64,000 bases of DNA from NCBI GenBank assembly GCA_964199315.1, contig OZ116701.1, positions 3,782,001 through 3,846,000 on the forward strand, written 5' to 3'. Source of the DNA: Orbicella franksi (Eukaryota). The position numbers and the translations under genes were made by a program. A model generated the notes under the pieces. That model did not search any database, had not been told where the DNA came from, and saw only the letters and a list, made by a program, of their open reading frames with translations. Positions 57,524 through 64,000 of the stretch are shown piece by piece (within the stretch, counting starts at the first letter, position 1; every line of letters starts with the position of its first letter).

Positions 57524-58232
57524 GATACGTCAAAATCACACGTCTACAGCAAGTGTACAGGCAAAGAGTGAAACTAGGAGTAGCATACGTGACAAACAGC
57601 CTGGAGATAACAAAGTTCTTTGGAAGAGTGTTGACATTAGCGTGGTTTAAAGATGACTGAAGTATTGTTCAAGTTAGTGAGCCACAAAGTGTGTAGAGAG
57701 ATGGCAGACTCGTCAGTTCAGAGATGACCACGTTGTAGAGACGAAAGAAGACAAGGAATTCTCGCCGAATTCGTAGCATAGACGATATTCTCAAAGACAG
57801 AGAAAGAAAAAAACTGGACCGTCCACAGTGATAGCCAAATGTTAAACAGAGGGTTTTGGACACATTGTTCGCAAGCCAGCGAGTTGGCTTTATTCATGTA
57901 GTTACATTCTGAATTTTCCATGAGTTTTTCATGGCACCACTCACAGCAACTGCGCAGGCGCAGCATTTAGTACATACTGGAGGATACACGCACCCGGATT
58001 TTCAGCATATTGCGATCATTCCACGTCAATTGACGTTATCAGCGAAAGCTGGCTTGCATATTAAGTCATGGAGAATTACTTCGCCTGACGCTGTATGCAT
58101 ACTTAAGTGTGTAAACCCCCTCCCTCCTGGTGTAAGATAATCACCATGGACATGATCCCAAAATGACGAAAATATGACCCGGGTGTACTTACTCCATAAT
58201 GCAGAATCTAGCAATGTTTCATTTATTTTACA

Positions 58233-58411
58233 CAGTGAAATCCCGATTTTTCGAACCCTCCAAGGGAAACGAAAATTAAGTGGAAAAATCGTGGAGTTCG
58301 AGAAATCGGAGGTAAAATTACAGTGTTGGAGTGAGGAGAGGGAAACGACTTTTGGTTCGAGTTATTGGGAGGTTCGAAAAATCGAGGGTTCGAGAAATCG
58401 AGATTCCACTG
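58233..58411. mobile_element. Tc1/mariner-pogo MITE
   Basis: TIRs cagtgaaatcccgatttttcgaaccctc / gagggttcgagaaatcgagattccactg. Confidence 0.8.
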
Positions 58412-58898
58412 TCACGGTATATATTTCCACTACAAATGTCATCGCAGCTGCGAGATAGCCATATCATTCAGCGCTCTGAATTCACCAAGCCAACGCACAG
58501 GTTATCTTTGCATTTTCGGTAGATGTAAATGAAAAAGAAAACAGAAAAACAAAATCAGGCAAAACAACGGAAATTATTTATAAACACCAATAACAACAAA
58601 GTATGATCATGTTTCAATGACCCGTACCAAGAACGAATACGTAGAAATAGATTTCTAACAGTACGCAAAGCTCAAGAAAAACGGTAAATTTTGTTTCTCC
58701 CAAGAGGCAAAACTCTCTTTGCGGATAGTGGTTCCATGTTTTGTAATACCCCGGAACTGAAAACAATATAATTCTGGTGGACGCAACGCACGCACCAATT
58801 TAGCGCGAACTTAAGGCGCACGACCTGGTCACGTGCCAACCCAAAATTCAATCAGATGTTGTCCCAATGCCTTAGGGAGTTACATTATTTTAAGAAGC

Positions 58899-59272
58899 GG
58901 GAGCTTAAGTAAATCACGACGACAACGGCAACGATAACTTCACCAAACATAAGGTATAATGAACAAGACAATGGCTGTGCACGTGCGTTATAAATCTTTG
59001 TATATTCCATACCCGTCCTCTGCAAAACAGCAATTTAGACGTGAAATGACCAACTTCTGCGTAGTCTGGGCAACGCGAACCACGGCGGCTAAGTTTTCAT
59101 ATTTCTGTTTTGAATTAAACGCTGTCATTACATATTTAGTCTCGGCAAGTTTTCTTTAGAGCCACAGGCGTAATAGACACATCTGGACAATTGCGAAGTT
59201 CGTAGGTAAAATAAAATTCATTTTAGCTAGAAGCCATCTTCAGTGTCGCCATCGTCATTGCTTCAGCTCCCT
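58899..59272. mobile_element. MITE
   Basis: TIRs gggagcttaagtaa..cgacgacaacggc / gtcgccatcgtcattgcttcagctccc; second partial copy at 46096. Confidence 0.75.
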
Positions 59273-59573
59273 ATTAGTAACCCGCGATCAGACGACGCTT
59301 TTTGAGAGAGAAGGAGAAAAAAGGGATGAGATACAGGGAGAGAAGGAGGGTGTGATCGTAGGATATCGTAATATATTCAAAAAATGTTATCATCTAATCG
59401 CAAAAAAAACAAGTGTTTCTGTTGTAAATTAGTTTTCCTTCTTACGCACACTCTTGTTCGGGGCCGTTCAGTTCTTTATTCGATCGGTTTTAATTAAATA
59501 TAATGCAGCTGTCAAACAGCCTCTGTATTTATCAAACGTTATTTATTACTATTAAGTATAAAGTCATTATTTA

Positions 59574-59640
59574 TTGATGATGATAATGATGACGATGATG
59601 ATAATGATGATGATGATATTAATGATAATGGTGACGAAAG
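59574..59640. repeat. (GAT)n microsatellite, imperfect
   Basis: gatgatgataatgatgacgatgatgataatgatgatgatgat. Confidence 0.9.
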
Positions 59641-60316
59641 TGATAGTCAGTAATATTCAAGGAATGTTCGAAAAATATCCCACAATTTTTATTCCGTTTC
59701 ATTTAACACAAAATAATTTTTAGGCGATTGCTTTTTGCTTCGAAAAATCTATTCGAGCGCAAAAGAGGTATTCAGTGTTTTCAAGAGACGTTGAGCTCTT
59801 GGAGTATTCAATGGAAACAAAAAGCATTGCATCTTGCCTTCGATTCGGTTTTAGAATAAAAGCGTTGAAAACACCTCAGTTCTATTTGCAAATCACTTTT
59901 CACAATAATACCTCGTGTCGGTCCATATTTGTTCATGTTACTATAACAACGCATTGTCATACTGACAAGATACAATGGAGTTCATTTATTTGTAGAAAAG
60001 AAAAAGAAGAAATAAAAAAACAACATCTTTTGGATTAAAACCTTGTTGTTTAGTTTTTCTTATATCTTACCTTGATAACTTAAAAAACGTCTTGTTCGTT
60101 CATAGAAAGGATGAGAAAAAGAACTTAGACCCACGATGGCAAATTTCGTTTGTATTTCGTTGACTTTTTGGCTCCTTGTGTCTGCGAATGAATGTCTAGG
60201 ACTATTCTTGCCTAGCAGTTTTCTATACTGTAAAAATTTCCAGGCATCAGCATCAGATCAAATGTTTGAAACTGCACTTAAAAGTGAGATCAAGATGATT
60301 TGCAGTAAAGCCAAAA

Positions 60317-60432
60317 GAATGGCTTAAAATCGACAGAAATCAAGGCAACAGAGGTAGCCCTGTGTCTTCCAAGGAATGGCTTAAGATCGACAGAAATAGA
60401 AGGCAACAGAGATAGCCCTGTCTTCCAGGGAA
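60317..60432. repeat. 57-bp tandem duplication
   Basis: gaatggcttaa(a/g)atcgacagaaat..aaggcaacagag(g/a)tagccctg..tcttcca twice. Confidence 0.85.
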
Positions 60433-61135
60433 CGGAGAGGATAAAACGTGTTTATCTGACCAACGAAAATGAAACTGAAACTGAAACTGAGCAATATTCC
60501 GAAGACAACAGCAAATCATTTTTAAGGATGTTTCGGCTGGCAACCAGCCCTCTTAAGGGTTTATTCGATAAGGGAATGTGACAAAATCTTTCAACTGAGG
60601 ATTTAATTTACACGGTAGCGATAAAAAAAAAGATTTCGCAACCAGTGACGTACGTACGTATCACATTTAGCAGAGATTCTTGCAAATATGAAAATAACGT
60701 TATGACGGAATGTTGTGACACTACAGAAAGGATAAAAGTACATCTCATCACATTTGTTCTAGCGGCTCAAAGGTTTTTAATTTTTAATACCGACATGCTG
60801 CTTATACTAACAGAAATCCGATTCTGATTTAAACGTAGCTCTAGAAAAAAAAAACTGAAGTTAACAGCTACAAAGCAAAAGCCTTCAACTGCTAGGAATG
60901 GATACAGCTGTCGAGATGTAATTTTATCATATATCGTCTGTCATGTTATATTTGTATATTTGTTATCGTTGTAGCGAGTTTTTCAGTAGTTTTCAGTTTC
61001 ATCATGATCTTAACTCTTGATTTCTTTCAGGTTTTCAAACTGTTAGGAAACCTCATGCTCTGATGCACACTTACTCCTCCGCGCTATTTCGAAAAGGCAT
61101 TAAAATTCACAAATCTTACTCAATCTGCCATCAAA

Positions 61136-61320
61136 ATAGGCCCTTTGCACCATCCGGTCACATGGTACGGAATTAATTATGCTGGGACGCAAGTTACACA
61201 ATGGGACTTTCAAAACAAAGGAAAGACGGGCTGGACTGGTACGAGTTCCCTTGTTTTGGAGGTACCACCGTGTAACTTGCGTCCCAGTATAATTAATTCC
61301 GTACCGTGCAAAGGGCCTAT
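61136..61320. mobile_element. MITE with long TIRs
   Basis: ataggccctttgcac..ggtacggaattaattatgctgggacgcaagttacac / gtgtaacttgcgtcccagtataattaattccgtaccgtgcaaagggcctat. Confidence 0.85.
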
Positions 61321-61461
61321 TGATCTAGAAGGCGATCCACGACAAATTTGTTAATATCACGACTTTCAAATTAAAAAGAGCATAACTAACACGTCAGTAG
61401 CCCTTTTTACGGTTAACTTTTCTCATTTACATGACACTGTAATCAAATGTGGATGCAGCGC

Positions 61462-61618
61462 AATAGGCCAATTTCGATATATTAAAATTCAGCCTAACAC
61501 AATAGACCTCAGCACGAGGCTCTGGGGAATTAACTCCACAAACTTTGTATTTGTTCCCCAGAGCCTCGTACTGAGGTCTGTTTTAGGCTGAATTTTAATA
61601 TATCGAAATTGGTCTATT
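61462..61618. mobile_element. Near-perfect palindromic MITE
   Basis: aataggccaatttcgatatattaaaattcagcctaa..agacctcagcacgaggctctgggga / tccccagagcctcgtactgaggtct..ttaggctgaattttaatatatcgaaattggtctatt. Confidence 0.88.
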
Positions 61619-62100
61619 TCGGGCAGAAAATAAAGAAAAATGCCTGAAACTACCTCACACTTATGCTGGGTTATATTGTAATTTAAATAAGAAAAGTTAG
61701 CCGTGAAAGGGGCTATTCTTTCAGCGCTTTTTCGTGTAATTGTGTGAAACTTTTGATTTGCTCGGTTTCCCGTCAATCGCGAGAGCATAAAATTAAGTAG
61801 TTTAAATTACGGAACAAACTTAGTCGAAAGTCTTTACTTTTCCCCTCCCTGATCGATGAATTTTAGGTGAAAAACATAGATAACACTTTGGATTGGAACC
61901 TTGTGTAACATTTTTTTTTTCCAGACTCTTAAAATGTGTGAATTAAAACAATAAGCGATGTAAGTAATTTTGAGTAGAAGTAAAGATACTACGGGGATTG
62001 GATGAAACAGGAAGAAAAAGAATTTTGTTACTTCCAATGTGTAGTCTACGAAAGCAGCTGGGTTTTTCACCTGTTGTTATTTTGTCATATGTCAATTTAA

Positions 62101-64000
62101 GGGGGGGTTCTACCTGAAAAATGTGTATTTTTTCAAATAATTGTAAAATAAAGACTTTTATTCAAAACCATAACAAACTATATATCACTGGAAAGCTCAT
62201 GAACCATAGATTTCAAAAACTTATGTTATGGAGTGCCATCGGCAAATGTAACCTGACACCGGGCATTCCAAGAGACCTCATGCTGTGGGTGACACATATG
62301 TACTTGAGTAAAGATTTCTACATGCAGATTCGACAACAAAACAACATTTTACTGTCATTCTAAAGCATACAGAATGCTTCTTGGGATGAACGAAGGGTTT
62401 TGACAAATTTCAAAATGTGACGTAATTGCACATGTCTCAAGTTACATGTCCAGAAAGTGGTCACTATTCGGTTGACCATTTCTTTACTAAAAGTCCTATG
62501 AAAAATTCCTTCGCTCATCCCAATAAACTCATTAACAACTACCATCCCTGAAAATTTTAGGTCCATAGCTGTAATCCTTCTTGAGATATCTTTACTCAAG
62601 TGTTAAAAAACTGCGTACTGAGAAAAAGGCCATTAAATTAAGAAAATCAAATTAAACAACAGCTGTATTCAAATAATAGAGTCTCTGAGTAGTAAACAGT
62701 CCACATTTAAGTGAAGGAAGCCTTGTGAGCAAATTTAGAAAGCCCCAGCTTCATATGTGACACCTTCTTTCTCACGAAGGGCTTCTTCTCGACGGATACG
62801 GACAAGCTGTAACCCTTGGCGACGCTTTTTCTCCTTAGCTGTTGCCTGGCTATCCGCTTTTCGGAGCCGTTTCCTGTCCCTGAGCCTTAATATGTGGTCA
62901 GTAAATGCACCACCAGGAATGGAAAGTCTCTCCATCACTCTTTTCCTGCTCTCAGCCCCTCCATGGAAATGACAGACTGCAGATGCTGCAGCACAGCGGA
63001 CAACTTTTACTCCGTGGTGTTTGTGCTTTGGGCACCGCACCCAAACCATAGCGTTGATACTTTCATTTGGGTTCTGGGTTGTCCCAAGTACACATCTTTC
63101 CAGAAGTTTACTGTCGCTCAGAGTCACAAATGTTGGCTTCAGCAGCTCCAGGAAGACTTCAGGTAAACAGTCGTCTCCTTTGTACGTATTAGTTCCAGTT
63201 GCTAAGTCCTGCTGCCATTTACACCACGAACTTTCACCACGAGGGCAGAAGCGGTGTTGCTTAGCAGCATCCTCTGATTTTATGCAATGATGAAGAATGG
63301 CAATTACATTCTTTTTCATTGCATAAACTGCAACATTGACCTCCTTTTCCACAGGATTTGCCTTAGCCAAGGTGTTTTGCCGGATCGCCAGACCATAATA
63401 CTTTTGGAGCTGCTTAATTTTTCCTTCCGTAAGCCTACCACTCCCCCCTACCGGCTTTCCATCCTCCAGTTTACCTTTTGTGCGGGCCTTAAGATTCATC
63501 AAATGTTTACCCATCCTCTTCTGCACATGGCCCACACAATCCAGCTTAATAACTTTGCAGCCATCATACACATTTTCTACTGTGTTAAAAGCCTTGCTGT
63601 CACCATCTGACACCATCCATTTGTATCTTATGTTATGAAGCTCAATTGATCTGTTCCAAAGAACAGAAGCTCCTTCAGCTTCCATAGCTGGTGAACTTCC
63701 ATCAAAATTAATGTCACATTCACCAGCTGCCAAATGCTCCCTTCTCCAGTCTTCAAATTTTTCATCATCCCCTTCACATTGTGACTTCTTCACAGAGCAC
63801 TTATGGCAAGACTTCGACATCACATGGTAGTCTAGTACCTCTCCAGTGTCAACTGATATAACAAAAACAACACCAGTTAATGAAGTGAAGCCTCTCTTGG
63901 CCCATGTGCCATCAAAGCTAACAGCAGCATCAATTATTGCAGTGCTGTCGGACTCGCCGTTTTCCTCCATCACTTGCTGCCGAAGCCGTTGGCCTGCTCT
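62101..64000 (-). mobile_element. Kolobok-type DNA transposon, one end visible, truncated by the window edge
   Basis: TTAA at 62097-62100 followed by a GG.. terminus (Kolobok: TTAA TSD, RR..YY ends), about 630 bp beyond the stop of the transposase. The second end lies outside the window, so the TSD cannot be confirmed. Confidence 0.7.
62735..64000 (-). CDS. DDE transposase (Kolobok / so-called Mutator-like family), 5' partial, no stops in view
   Basis: SFDGTWAKRGFTSLTG (first D), DTGEVLDYHVMSKSCHKC, MVSDGDSKAF (second D), DCVGHVQKRMG, HRFCPRGESSWCKW, TQNPNESINAMVW (E). Frame stays open to position 64000. Confidence 0.9.
   Translation of the reverse strand, partial: RAGQRLRQQVMEENGESDSTAIIDAAVSFDGTWAKRGFTSLTGVVFVISVDTGEVLDYHVMSKSCHKCSVKKSQCEGDDEKFEDWRREHLAAGECDINFDGSSPAMEAEGASVLWNRSIELHNIRYKWMVSDGDSKAFNTVENVYDGCKVIKLDCVGHVQKRMGKHLMNLKARTKGKLEDGKPVGGSGRLTEGKIKQLQKYYGLAIRQNTLAKANPVEKEVNVAVYAMKKNVIAILHHCIKSEDAAKQHRFCPRGESSWCKWQQDLATGTNTYKGDDCLPEVFLELLKPTFVTLSDSKLLERCVLGTTQNPNESINAMVWVRCPKHKHHGVKVVRCAAASAVCHFHGGAESRKRVMERLSIPGGAFTDHILRLRDRKRLRKADSQATAKEKKRRQGLQLVRIRREEALREKEGVTYEAGAF

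Noticed and set aside
62757-63610. Plus-strand ORFs opposite the transposase, and minus-strand ORFs opposite the kelch, RT and Eag exons
   Set aside because: Antisense shadows of real coding frames with no independent motifs.

Overview
Eukaryotic, AT-rich, intron-containing DNA. The repeat families and gene set suggest an anthozoan cnidarian, most likely a stony coral (inference; no database search was run). Three host genes are supported. (1) The 3' part of a kelch/beta-propeller single-pass membrane protein (+, 2-817, intronless in view). (2) A two-exon CNRIP1/CRIP1a orthologue (-, 164 aa). (3) A complete ten-coding-exon Eag (KCNH1/KCNH5-like, Kv10) potassium channel (+, 40704-57523, 917 aa), whose splice phases I checked exon by exon; an acceptor 7 nt before its ATG implies an unlocated 5'UTR exon somewhere upstream, probably in the ~28 kb ORF-free region. 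Mobile DNA: a dead CR1/L2-group LINE (9.6-12.9 kb) interrupted by a 1.25 kb IS3EU-type DNA element (TAC..GTA ends, 6-bp TSD, inverted 20-bp repeat arrays); an intact-ORF Kolobok-type transposase running off the right edge; several tRNA- and 5S-derived SINE-like elements; many MITEs. The most unusual signals are (a) inverted-repeat elements carrying a tRNA-Thr-like Pol III cassette with its own T-run terminator (27.9 and 44.5 kb, fragment at 31.9 kb) and (b) minimal hammerhead-ribozyme-like motifs (52.0 kb, and a weaker one at 16.4 kb next to a 5S-derived head). These may reflect non-autonomous Pol III / Penelope-associated elements. I found no convincing prokaryote-type system (CRISPR, defence island).
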